In this document: piece by piece, positions 1 through 13,243 of the stretch
How the letters are laid out: each line of letters opens with the position of its first letter
Numbering within the stretch: the first letter of the stretch is position 1
Assembly: GCA_964016885.1 (NCBI GenBank)
Contig: OZ024758.1
Coordinates: forward strand, 27,280,001-27,344,000
Origin: Eledone cirrhosa
Taxonomy: Eukaryota
DNA length: 64,000 nucleotides
Reading direction: 5' to 3'
Translations under genes and position numbers: made by a program
Notes under the pieces: model-generated
The model's database searches: none
What the model was told of the DNA's origin: nothing
The model's input: only the letters and a program-made list of their open reading frames with translations

Positions 1-1029
1 ATGTCCACTCCCATTACATTAAATTGGAGCTTGTAGTATTGAATGTTTCTCTGAATATGTTTCCATGGAAAGCAAGTTGCTGTAGAGTTAGGTGTGAATT
101 TCAGCTGAGGTATATGAGCTACAAAACCTGCCATGGACATTGTTGTCACTTGATAATTAACATTATACACCTTAAATTAGATAGCTTGGTATTGTAGACC
201 CAGGGGCGGGTTTGTTTCGGTCATGAAATTGGGAGGGTGGTCTTAGATGATTGAAGCTTTTTCCTACTCTCAATATTCAGATTGCGAGATGCTATTTCTG
301 TTTGTTTGTATGTATGTGTGTGTATGTATGCGTGAGTGTATGTATGTATGTATGTAGGTAGGTAGGTAGGTAGGTATGTGTGTATGTAGGTAGGTAGGTA
401 TATATGTGTATGTATGCATGAGTGTATGTATGCATGAATGTATGTATACAGGTAGGTAGGTATGTGTGTATGTATGTATGTATGTAGTTAGGTAGGTATA
501 TATGTGTGTATGTATGTATATAGGTAGGTATATATGTGTATGTATGTATATAGGTAGGTATATATGTGTGTATGTATGTATATAGGTAGGTATATATGTG
601 TATGTATGCATGAGTGTATGTATGTATATAGGTAGGTAGTTAGGTATATATGTGTGTATGTATGTAAGCATACCTACATGTATATATGTATGTATCTGTG
701 TGTGTAAGCACGTGAGCATTTGTGTACGTATGAGATTATGTGAAGTATCGTTTACTAATGGAGGGAAAAGAATCTGGTTAGATTATTATTTTGTTGATGT
801 ACTCAAGCTAAGCCGTGGATTTCTTAATGAGGAAGGATAACACTTGCACTCGATAGTGGTGGGAAATAACTACAGGTGATGTTGTAATGGTGCGGCGAAA
901 GAATCTTTTAAAAAATAAAACAGAATTCCTCTTTTTATTGTACATGAAAAAATAATAATAAATCTCAGCTTAAACAATACAGCACTTGCCTTGCGGGTTA
1001 TTTAGACCAAGCATGTCAAACTGAGGTTT

Positions 1030-1482
1030 CCCGAGGGCCACATGGGTCACATATGTGTTGTATGAGGGCCACATGGGTCACATGTGTTGTCTGAGGGCTA
1101 CATGGGTCACATGTGTTGTCTGAGGGCCACATGGGTCACATATTTGTTGTCTGAGGGCCACATGGGTCACGTATGTGTTGTCTGAGGGCCACATGTGTCA
1201 CATGTGTTGTCTGAGGGCCACATGGGTCACATGTGTTGTCTGAGGGCCACATGGGTCACATGTGTTGTCTGAGGGCCACATGGGTCACATATGTGTTTTC
1301 TGAGGGCCACATGGGTCACATGTGTTGTCTGAGGGCCATATGGGTCACATATGTGTTGTCTGAGGGCCACATGGGTCACATATGTGTTGTCTGAGGGTCA
1401 CATGTGTTGTCTGAGGGCCACATGGGTCACATGTGTTGTCTGAGGGCCACATGTGTCACACATGTGTTGTCTGAGGGCTACA
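1030..1482. repeat. ~29-31 bp minisatellite (GAGGGCCACATGGGTCACATGTGTTGTCT), about 15 copies
   Basis: Direct tandem copies visible. Preceded by CAAGCATGTCAAAC, which resembles an hAT-MITE start. Confidence 0.9.
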
Positions 1483-2717
1483 CACGACAACTCATTGCGC
1501 ACATTACAACACGCTTTTTTATTTTATGTTGCGAAGATAAAACATGCTCGCGCTGTAGAAACCTTTGGGGGGTAACATGTTGAAATGCCTTCTTAATACT
1601 GAAAATCCTATATCGTCCAACAAAATTCCCAATCCCCCACCTTGGTCTAAGGCATTGATAATGTATACAATTTGGATAAAGTAGAATTGTAAAAGACCAT
1701 TCTAATCTACATACAGACATGTTGTTTTGTTTTTTTCGAAGGTACAGGTGGCATTCAGCAGCTAAACATGTACCAATGTAGTTTTTAGATATAACGCTTC
1801 TCGACAATCTAGAATAATCTTAAACTGGGCTTAGTGGTTATTCCCTTCGCTTGAAAGCCGGTTATTTTTTAGTTGCTAAACTTTACAGTAATGAATACGT
1901 TGAGTAATTTACTGAGATTCAATTACAAAATACAACATTTATTAATCAAACGTTTAAGTAATTTTAAAATGTAAATCTTTGAATTTGTAGTAAAGCAAAA
2001 ACTGATGTTTATATTTTAAATTATAATTAAACTCCTGATAAGGAGATTATGAATAAATTAATTTCATTAGCGGTAATCCACTTTACATCTTTTATACTTA
2101 CTACTCAAACATTTCTGTATTACCGGTAGAGGGTCGGACGCTATGTTTTGCAGCATAGAATTACGACCCTTTACGTTGGCAATATCGGTAGAGCGTCGGA
2201 CAACGTGCTTTGCAGCATATTGTGATGTCGCTTCACATTCTGATTAGCCAAGGTTAGCTTTGCCTTTTATTCTTACAGGGTTTATAAAATAAAATACCAG
2301 TAACGAACTGGGGTCGATTTAATCGACTTCCCCCTCCCCAAATTGCTGGCCTTGTGCCTCAATCAGAAGCCTTTATTTTCATTTGCAGAGATTCGTATTA
2401 CCTACTTTCTAAGTGGTTTATGTCTGTAAGCCACCGATAAAACTTAACCATTACATATATGTAGCCAGTAAGGTGGGTTCACTATTCGATTGTATTCTTT
2501 CTTTTAATAAAAGTCATTAGTAACGGACTAGTTATTTATAGATTAAAAGCGAGTTTCCTTGTGTGTAGCATATTGTGTTTTATAAAATCGTATATTATTT
2601 TGTGAAAAGATGTGCAGTGAAATGAGACGAATATTCAGAGATCTGCAATGAGGTATGCGTTATGCATAAATTCAATGTCGCTCTACAAATACCTGTATCA
2701 GTTAAAGTAGGAAAATA

Positions 2718-3520
2718 GGCGGCGAATTGGTAGTCGTTAGAACGTCAGATGAAATGCGTTGCGGTAGTCGTTAGAACGTCAGATGAAATGGCGTTTCGAT
2801 AGTCGTTAGAACGTCAGATGAAATAGCGTTGTGATAGTCGTTAGAACGTCAGCTGAAATGCGTTGCGGTAGTCGTTAGAACGTCAGATGAAATGGCGTTG
2901 CGATAGTCGTTAGAACGTCAGATGAAATGGCGTTGATAGTCGTTAGAATGTCAGATGAAATGGCGTTGCGATAGTCGTTAGAAGGTCAGATGAAATGGCG
3001 TTGCGGTAGTCGTTAGAACGTCAGATCAAATGGCGGTTCGATAGTCGTTAGAACGTCAGATCAAATGGCGTTGAGGTAGTCGTTAGAACGTCAGATCAAA
3101 TGGCGTTGAGGTAGTCGTTAGAACGTCAGATGAAATAGCGTTCCGATAGTCGTTAGAACGTCAGATGAAATGGCGTGGCGGTAGTCGTTAGAACGTCAGA
3201 TGAAATGGCGTTGCGGTAGTCGTTAGGACGTCAGATGAAATGGCGTTGCGGTAGTCGTTAGGACGTCAGATCAAATGGCGTTGCGGTAGTCGTTCGGGCT
3301 CTCTGCATTCTCTGACTTCAAATTTCGTCAAGATCAACTTTTCCTTTCACCCTTTCAAGGTCGAAAAATAAAGTACCAATCCAACACTGGGTTCGATTCT
3401 TCCTCTATATCTCTTCTTCTCTGGAAGAAATCGGCTGTATTCAGACTGGAAAGGGTGTTGACTCCGACGGCTCTAAATTGCCACAGACACGCTGTATGTC
3501 ACGACGGCGCCGTTAAGACG
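2718..3520 (+). mobile_element. tRNA-headed SINE (alternative-tail subfamily) with a 35-bp head segment amplified about 16 times (2730-3293)
   Basis: GGCGGCGAATTGG head, tandem GTAGTCGTTAGAACGTCAGATGAAATGGCGTTGCG, then the shared central block (ACTTTTCCTTTCACC...GGTCGA..AAATAAAGTACC) and a GAAGAAATCGGCTGT tail that also occurs at 16680, 29940 and 60970. Confidence 0.75.
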
Positions 3521-3644
3521 AGTTCATACTATTTGAAAAACTATTAAACGACGCCATTACTGTATAACAACTCTTGCACAAAGGCATATTTACGGTTTAT
3601 TTTGTTAGAATGTATTTGGATAAGCCCCTCATTATTTTATTTTT

Positions 3645-3825
3645 GGCAGTATCGGTAGAGGGTCGGACGCCATGCTTTGCAGCAAAGAGTTACGGTCCTT
3701 TATGGTTTGAGTTCAAATCCCGCCGAGGTTAACTTTGCCTTTCATCCTTACGGGGTCGATAAAATAAGGTACCAGTAATACACTGGGATAATTGCTGGCC
3801 TTGTGCCAAAAGTAGAAACAATTAT
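3645..3825 (+). mobile_element. Main tRNA-derived SINE family copy (~185-200 bp)
   Basis: A-box-like TGGCAGTATCGGTAG, B-box GAGTTCAAATCC, central TTTGCCTTTCATCCTTACGGGGTCGATAAAATAA, tail GGCCTTGTGCCAAAAGTAGAAACAATTA. Further copies at about 2185, 4955, 5305, 13640, 28615, 35820(-), 36050(-), 38163, 39460, 60175(-) and 61132. Confidence 0.9.
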
Positions 3826-4277
3826 TTTATTTTCATTCAGCCGATTTATATTCGAAACGATTCGAGTATGTTTTCTTTTATTATTAGTTCTGTCTGGGTG
3901 TGGGGTCTGTGACCATGGTCACCACGGGCCTTCTGAGACTCGCGGTATCGACTTGATTAGTAATGCACCCATTGAACAGTTGCAGATCGATAGCTACAGG
4001 GAGGGCTGAAGGGACAGAGCATTGGTAATGAGGCAGTTCTAGAAGGTTGACGTTTTATGTAGGAAAGATCAGATGCTGCAGTTAATATGGCCACTAAGAG
4101 GAGATGCAATATGGATGACAAGAAGAGGATATACGAGTGAATTGAACGGAAGCTGCTGTAGATCAGCGAAGACAACTGTAGTAGCGGTAGATAATGTCCA
4201 GGTTCTATAATGACTAAGTTATTAACATGTGGATTAGCATATCAAATTTAATTAAAAAAAACATTTCCATCCTAGAG

Positions 4278-4605
4278 CAGTGATTCCCCACGTGGGGCGC
4301 ACGCCACACAGAGAGGCAATTTCAATATTATCAGGGGGACAATTTGAAAATTATGTTAATGAGAAAAAATTTCAGGTTTTTTTACTTTTACATCAAGGCG
4401 ACTTTGGTACACATTACTGTCGGTAACTGCTGTCTCACCTCCTCCACACATGTTATGGTGCATCTAGCACCACCAATACACCGATTTATTTACACTTTGC
4501 AGTTGATCATCGCTGTTTTCATATCATATCAAAGGGGTAGGGAGGGCATAACAATTTTTGAGCTGTTGGGTTGAGGTATGGTGCACAAAAGGTTGGGAAT
4601 CACTG
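4278..4605. mobile_element. hAT-type MITE
   Basis: TIRs CAGTGATTCCC / GGGAATCACTG with an exact 8-bp TSD TCCTAGAG on both sides. Confidence 0.85.
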
Positions 4606-7600
4606 TCCTAGAGAAGGACACATAATCCAACACACTATAGTTTAACCTAACTAACATCACATTGGCTTATATTCCCTGCGATATATTGATGTCATATTCT
4701 GATCGATATGTAATTCTCTACTGCTTAGAATTATTAAGCAGTTGTTCTTTATACGAAATATTTGTAATTTCTCCTGTCTACATTTCGTATGATTGAATGT
4801 TCTTTCAAAATATTAAGTTATAATTGTATAATTTGCAGTTTAAGGATTTTAAAGTAACATTATACATCTTACAGAGGCCATTTGAGGTAGTCAAATATTT
4901 TGGCTGTTTTTTTCAAGAGTACTTCTTTTATATTGCTATTATTCCACCAACGTAGGGCAGTGGATTGGCAGTATCGGTAGAGGATCGGGCGCCATGCTTT
5001 GCAGCATAGAGTTACGGCCCTTTATGATATGAGTTCAAATCCCGCCGAGGTTAACTTTGCCTTTCATTCTTACGGGGGGGGGGTCGATAAAATAAAGTAC
5101 CAGGCAAGGCACTGGGGTCGATTTTAATCGACTTTCAAAAATTGCTGGCCTTGTGCCTATATAAGAAACCAACGTTGTCAATATGGTCGTCACCGATGTC
5201 ATCGTCACTGACATCGCCGTCATCATCATCATCAACATCTTCATCCCACCACCGCCCTCACCATCACTACCACTATCATATCCATGGATTTCATTATTGA
5301 CGCCTAGAGTTACGGCCCTTGCCATTCTGAGTTCAAATCCCGCCGAGGTTAACTTTGCCTTTCATCCTTGCGGATGTCGATAAAATAAAGTAACAGTAAT
5401 GCACTGGGGTAATTGCTGGCCCCTTATGCCAAAAGTAGAAACAATTATTATCCCCATCTTCATCCTCATCTTCTTCACCATCTTTATATTCACAATCATC
5501 ATCTTCATCTTCATTCTCTTCACCATCTTTATTTTCATCATCATCATCATCATCATTCTCATCATTATCATTATTTTCATCATCATCATCATCATTCCCT
5601 TCATTATCATTATTTTCATCATCATCTTCAACATCGCAACTCCAACAATACAATTTCGTTTTAATTTCCCCCCAGTCCCTCTTAACTCCGTTAGAATTCT
5701 TTGAAAATGAAATTTTCTGTCCATATAAGAATGAATGTTAATTTAAATTCCTTTACAGTCTCTAAATGTTAAAGTACTCGCACAACAAAAAACTTAAAAG
5801 ATTAGATGTCAGTCAGTTGGTATAGAACTATTTTTTTTTAATGATTTGCCTATTGGGCGATAGCAATCACTTAGATTAGCAATCATTGCATTTCTGGTAT
5901 TTTATCCAACTTCTGGGAGCACTTCGGTACATTTCTGGTGCCTTTGGGAAACAGCCTATTTTCCACCGCTGTAGACTGATTTAAATTAATCGACAGGAAC
6001 ACGCAATGAATAAATAATATAATATAATTTAGACCGAATGCATCGCCGCACGTAGTTACACACACACTATGCATGCATACATACATGCATACATGCATGC
6101 ATACATACATACGGCACAAGCAAATACGCACTTATCACCCATCGCCTCCACCCACAAAAGGTATACAAATACAAACGAACAATCATTTGAATGCATTGCT
6201 CACGTGCTTCTATTATGTCGATATTTATAGTAATATTGGAATTCAACCATGAAATTTTCATAAATCTAGAAATTTGTTTTGTAGCTAGAAGATAAGTTTC
6301 CGATTAATATTGAAATCTAGTGAAAAGGAAGAATTCTATTCCATAAAAAATAAAAAATGACGATAATTGTACTGTATTGATGACGAATCTAAATCGAATG
6401 GGGCAGACTTTATTTTCTTTCTTTACTTTTTTTTTTATCTTTCTTTTCTTTTCTTTTTCTTTTTTGTTTCCATATTTTTTTCTCCGGCAACAGATTCGTT
6501 TTATTTCGCTCCCCATTCTTCATTACTTTCTCCAAGTATGCTCACTTTCTTAATGTAATTTGTTGGACATTGCCAATTCTATAGGAAAACAGAAAAATAA
6601 AAACAGTAAAGGAACAAATATTAAAAAAAAAAAAAAAGTCCACATTGGTGAAAAAAAAAAAAAAAAAAAAAAAAGAATTGACAAAATTATCTTCAATATT
6701 ATCTCTACCACGGCAACAACCATAACGCCAACAACAACAATAATAGCAACAGCAGCAACAACTACAACAGTATCAAATATTTGGCAACGGTGACGATGAC
6801 AATACACGTATTATCGAAATTTGTCATCGAATTGCATATACAGAAGTATTGTAAAGATTTTATAATTTCCCACCCAGTGAGTATTCACAGGACTTGATTA
6901 ATATGATATAAAAAAATAGAAAATAAAAGATAACATTTTTTTCTTAATCTAATTGCTTTGCCCGAAATGCTATTTATCGAGACGACGCTAACAATTTAAT
7001 GAAAGAAAGAAAGAAATATTTCAATTAATAATTTGGAGAAGATAAAAATTTCGTTAGTTCAGTAATTTGATAGTTTGAAAAAGTCTGAGTTATTGATATT
7101 TCCGACAACAGAGAAAAACTTTTAGAATTATTAAATCTGAAACTTCCTATTTTCTCTCCGTTATTTGATACCGTTGTAGATTTGTAACTTTACAGCAATG
7201 GTGGAATAAGGGAAAGAACATTCAGTTTTCAAATAAAATTAATGGAATAGATAATTTTCTTGCTATTAGCAACAGATAATTGTAAAATTGAGAAAACGAT
7301 TGAGAAAAAGCATCTCTAGCTGTGGCAAAAGAAAGCAAGTTGAGGTGATATACAATTTACGAAGTGAGGGTAGCCGCCAATAAACTTATGTTCACGTGGG
7401 AATGGATTCACATCAATGACACCATCAATGATTAAAATTATTTCAAGAAGGAATTCAATTATGTAGACATTTTAATATTACACCTCAATGAGTGACATCG
7501 ATAAGGATTGGCTTTTGAGAATACAAGCCATTCTTGCCAACCGAATCTACTGGAGCATTGTAAAATAGTGTCTTGCTCAAAGACACGATGCACCACCGGG

Positions 7601-9591
7601 AATAAAACTCCCGATCGTAAGCCGAACACCCTAACCACTTTTCCACGTACCTTCACATGGTAAACATACCTTTATCAAATACACCTTCTCCGGGCCTAAA
7701 CTTCTCTTTCTAACGTTCACAGCAGTAAAATAACTTGTGTGATGTAAATAACAAAGAAGAAATCTTAATAAAATTACTGCTTATATACAAAATTTATCAA
7801 ATATTGTGATTGACACCGGAAATAACGAAGGCAGCGGAAAATATTGAAAATTGAGTTACGAGCGCTTTGTTTGTAAATCAATTTTACAAAATGTCACATC
7901 AAAAAGCAATTTAAATTCAACTGACAGAAATACATCTATCCATCCATCGATCTATCCACCCATCGATCTATCAATCCATCCATCTATCCATTCATACATA
8001 CATGATGGCTGCAACTCGATTTCGAGTAATACCATCGCTTGATACTTAAGAATGAACATTACGGACGTGGCTTTTAAATCCTATGGCCAGCAATACTATG
8101 CATCGCAAAAATGTAACATATCAAGCGATGCCTGTGCTTGAAGCTTTTTTTGAGTGAGGAAAGGCTTTGCACGGGGCCAATCGCATTCTCTGAACATCGA
8201 ATGCATTTGCCCAAAAAGAATTGTATATCACAGTAACCTCATAGAGAGAGAGAGAGAGAGAGAGATGTCTTAATGAAGACTAGGAGTTCTCGCTCCACAA
8301 AAAAAAAAAAAAAAAAAAAAAACTTTATTAGATGAAAAACATCCATCCATCCTTCCTTACATACATACTATTTTCAGGAAGGAAAAATACGATCCAGAAT
8401 GTAGTTCCTGATATAAATAAAGACAGATGATGATTGGAAAGCTTTGATCATGGACCTGCTCAATTAGCGATCACCTAGGGCTAAAGAACAACTATAAATG
8501 TTTCTAGCTAATGAGAAATAGACTTAATAATCACCATATATAAAGCTCTTTCACTGTCAAAACACTATTAAAGCTGTTAAAGCTAATTTCAAATCGAAAT
8601 AATTAAAATAATCTCTCTCTCTTTCTCCCCTCTCCTTCCCTCGCTTCATTTCCAAATTCATTGGAAATCTATATTCTGATCTTCTCTACTGTAGATCTTC
8701 TATAGGATTTCAAGAATTTGTCCATGTACGACATTACTTGTCCTTTCCAAACTATTCATATAGATATCTTGAAAAAAATTATTATATAGAATTTTTATCA
8801 TTCATTCCAAACTTCCCTGGACAAATGTCTGAGTGAGCATATTGTACTGGTTCAAATAGAAGGACAATTATTTACTAATGGACATTTTCGTAAAGATAAT
8901 ATTCACTATAGGATTTTTTTTCCTTGGGCGATTTTTGCCAGTTGAATGCACAGGTAAAAGAGAGGATCCATTAAACATATGCCATTTTTTTTCTCTCTCG
9001 CCTGTTCTTGATACACCGAAGAAAGATATAAAAAGAATTGAGTTCTGTCGCTGAATATTTTAAATGATGGAAGGAAGTAGAACGGAAATTAAAGGTCGAT
9101 AGACGGCATAAAGTATGGCTTATAAATATCTCACTTGGTCGGTTTAGATGAAGATAAGTACGAGGCAGATTTTTATATTTATTTTTGACGTTATAAATAT
9201 GAGTAAAATATTTAGGAAAAGTTATCTCAATACCACCTTTGTAAAGAGAAATATATTCATACTATTTTTTTTTTCCATTAAAAAAAAAAAATCTTACTCG
9301 TTAAGAATTTCTGCTGGTTAGAGAAACTATTTTGAAACTAACACTGAAAATATTTATGTTTAATGGAATTATGTTCAACGAACCACCTTGTCCAAAAACC
9401 GTAACATTTAGGTTCTCATCTAACGGCATTCAAAATTTCTAGTTTGTGAAATGTACCGGTCATCTATCCAAGCCAGAAGAAACAAACTAAAAGAAAAACT
9501 CATGTGCGTGTGTTTATGTATATGTGTGTAATAAATACATGTTTGTGTGCTTGTATGTTTACTGAAAGGAAGAGTTTCACGTTACTGCCAT

Positions 9592-9628
<37 letters not shown>

Positions 9629-9716
9629 CAAAAGTTTTATTTAAAATTGTTAGGATACAACAAGTAAATATTTTTATAACTGATATAAAGCATTCGACAA
9701 GTATTTGGAGTAGATA

Positions 9717-10119
9717 TACGATATTAATAAATGGAAACTATATTTATAAAACCATATTTATTTCATTATACATATTTCAGGGATACCAAATTAAATTATG
9801 GTATGCCTTCATCAAACAAAATACATTTTTTTTTTCTTTTTTTTTTTCTTTCCATCTCTCCGTCTTTTTCTTTCTCTCCGTCTTTTTCTAATTGTCCTTA
9901 ACACTATGACTTATTAAAATAATATAAACAACTCACTATCCGGATGGCTTCCAAAAGTAATGGTTGCATTTTAATAGGGTACGTCAAAGCTTATTTGTAA
10001 AACTGTTATATATTGTATTTTGTCTGATGAAGGCATACCATAATTTAATTTGGTATCCCTGAAATATGTATAATGCAATAAATATGGTTTTATAAATATA
10101 GTTTCCATTTATTAATATC

Positions 10120-10122
<3 letters not shown>
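9717..10122. mobile_element. Foldback element (about 105-bp arms, about 190-bp spacer) with a degenerate HHR on each arm; family shared with 29148-29501 and 56572-56725
   Basis: 9717-9824 is the reverse complement of 10014-10122. The left arm extends outward to about 9625. Flanked by (TA)n. Confidence 0.75.
10021..10073 (+). ncRNA. Degenerate type I hammerhead ribozyme motif (mirror copy at 9766-9818, - strand)
   Basis: CTGATGA-AGGCATACCA..TGGTATCCCT-GAAA-TATGTA. Core and stem II are good, stem I is poor. Confidence 0.55.
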
Positions 10123-10183
<61 letters not shown>

Positions 10184-10524
10184 CCGAAACTATTTTCCCC
10201 ATAAGAAATATTGAGAGAGAGAGAGCTATAGTTACTAACTACACAGCAAGTGACGTTTTCCCGCCGATACTCCCAGCTTGCCGCCAACCGTTGTTGCCGG
10301 CTTGCGTGTTCGTTACTCGCGACACCGTTCGTCACCCGAGACGTTTTATGTTCAGAAAAATTCTCCCTGAACTGATTTGTTCGCGATGAAAGGCGTTCGT
10401 GGAGCGAGTTTCTCCTCTCTCTTTCTCACTCTCTCTCCCTTTCTCACTCTCTCTCTCTCTTTCTTACTCTCTCCCCCTTTCTCATTCTCTCTCTCTTCCT
10501 TCCTTTTTTTCTCTCTTTCTCTCA

Positions 10525-10573
<49 letters not shown>

Positions 10574-11597
10574 TCTGCCTTTCTCACTCTCTCTGCCTTT
10601 CTCACTCTCTCTCTCTCTCTCTCTCTTTCTTCCTTTCTCTCTCTCCCTCTCTCTCTCTCCCGCTCTCCCCCCCCCCCCTCTCGCTTTCTTTGTGAGACAC
10701 ACCACAACAGAAACACAAATCCTCCATCTCAATTTTACTTTTAAGAATCATAACTGTGAAATCGGTAAAGTAAATAAATATTCTTATAAGACGACTTGCA
10801 TTTTCAATTTCCTTTCCTTATATTATATTATATTATATTATATTATATTATATTATATAAATATATATGTATATACATGCATAAGATAAATAGATATGAT
10901 GTATGTGTGTATGTGTGTGAGTGTGAACCATATATGCTATTCGTTTGTTGTTATATCTCCAGTATCGTGTTATTTTCTATGTGGTTGTCAATTTATTTAC
11001 ATTATTTTGTGTCGAAAATCCGAGCGCGGTGTTGTTTTGCAAAAGAAATATTTTTTTATTGATGTAATGAAATGGTGTTATGGTGTTAAAGGACACCTTT
11101 TCTTTTGATTATTCTTTATATTACCGGTAAAAACGAATATTTCATCCTACGTTGAACGTGTTTAATGTAAAACATTAAAACAATTAAAATAAAAGCTGTT
11201 TCCAGAGCCGTAATATAATCATGGTTTCTTTTTTTAATTTTTTTTATTCATCTTGGCCCACAAAACATGAAAGCATTTCCAATCTAGCTCGCCTCTCCAA
11301 ACATTTGTCGACCCCGTGATCTAGATAGAATCTAACACATTTTATCGATGTCCTATATAAATGTGGTTATTGTTTTACATACTCTGTTTATTCCGACTGT
11401 TTCGTAGAGTATTGTATAGAAATCCTTGTCAAAAGATTCGTACACGCTCGCATCTCTGCCCCTCCCCACCACACCACCACCCCAGACACACACCACACCA
11501 CACCATAACATAACACATGTTGTACACACGCCCTACCTACCCAGCCGCACACCACTTGCACACTTAGAAATCTATACGTACGCACTTTCTTTTTCTG

Positions 11598-11632
<35 letters not shown>

Positions 11633-11659
11633 ATTTACATATACACAAACTAGACAAAG

Positions 11660-11706
<47 letters not shown>

Positions 11707-12528
11707 TTTGGCAACCATTCACGATGTGGCTCAATGATGATTGAATTAATTAAATAATCAGAGCAATATACTATCTGTTAGAACACGAAAAGTGTGAAAC
11801 AACAGAATGTTCACTTTTCGTGTTCTAACATATATGCCTAGCTTCTTTAAAAATTTTTCGGGGATAGCCGTGGTGGTGGTGATCGTATGTCATTGGCTAA
11901 TTTTCAACCAATCAGAGTACCTCTCTCTATATCTCTTCCACTGTTACTTACGCCTGTTTCTCTCTATCTGTTCCGTCTCTATATATATCTCTTACTCTTT
12001 CGCTTTGCACTCCTCCCCTTCAATACCATCTCTCCCCCTCTCTATATATTTGTTACTCTATCGCTGCACGCTCCTCTCCTTCAATATATCAATTACACAC
12101 GCTTTACACTCCTTTATCCCCAGCGCCCCTATATATACACCCCCCCTCTCCCGCATCTATATTTTAATGTACCGTTGCACCGTGAATATATGTGTCTATA
12201 TATATATACATATATATTGTATATACACATTCATGTATGTGTATACACACTCATGTATGTATATACACTGGTTTTATGTGTGTATTGTAAATTTGTACTG
12301 TTAAAACACGAAACTAACATTCGATTGACACTTTGATTACCTGTACAGGCAATAGTTATTAGAATGCTGTTGAAGTGTGTATATATTTTTGGGGGACATC
12401 CTGTATATACACACATTATATATAATACAATAAACAGATAAATACACACATATATATATGAGCTTATTTAATTATAAATATTGTGAATTTTTAACTCAGT
12501 TCAATTATATATATAAATGGTTTCTACA

Positions 12529-12563
12529 GGACTAGAACTGTTTCATTCGAAAGAAATCATCAT
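12529..12563 (-). ncRNA. Decayed hammerhead ribozyme remnant
   Basis: Minus strand reads (A)TGATGA-TTTC-TTTC-GAAT-GAAA-CAGTTCTA-GTCC. C3 and the 5' strand of stem I are missing. Confidence 0.3.
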
Positions 12564-13177
12564 AATATTGAGAGGGGGGACTAGATAAAATATTTCAAAT
12601 CAAATGTGTATAAGTTATAAGTTAAAATGTATAAATAGAGACGATAGTGGAGGTATATCTGTTTAGTGGAACAGTAGACGATAGAATTAAATACAGACGA
12701 TAATCTCCCTTTAATGAAACAGCAGACGATAGAATTAAGGCAATTTAAATTTTAAGCATTTGCATTTTTGCCTTTCATCGTTACGGGGTCGATAAAATAA
12801 AGTACCAGTAATACACTGTCACTAGACGACTTTCAAATTGAATTGTTGGTTCCATTTCTTTAGTATTTTCAATTGTAGTTATCTACTTAAAAAGCGTTAC
12901 ACGGTTAGAGACATAATTCGTAAGTTATATCTTCCCTATTAAACCATTGCAGTATTTCGCCTACAATAGAACAAAAATGAAATGTTCTTTAAAGAAACAG
13001 GAATATAACTTTATAAAAAAAAAAGTTGCATCCGCTTCTTTTATCATTGATAATTTTTTCGTTTTAATATTAATTGTTTTTTGTAGTTGTTTATATTAAA
13101 AATCTTACTGTAATATTTACTTAAACGAAGGCAAACATCTAAACTTATAGATTAATCTTGAGCGAAGGACTAGATAA

Positions 13178-13243
<66 letters not shown>

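Noticed and set aside
2730-3293. CRISPR-like 35-bp repeat array
   Set aside because: Units are contiguous with no unique spacers, lie inside a SINE head, and there are no cas genes.
3645-3730. tRNA gene
   Set aside because: A and B boxes belong to the SINE head, which continues into the SINE body; no cloverleaf is evident.
5333-5724. Poly-Asp, poly-His and poly-Ile ORFs
   Set aside because: (ATC)n-type repeat following a SINE tail.
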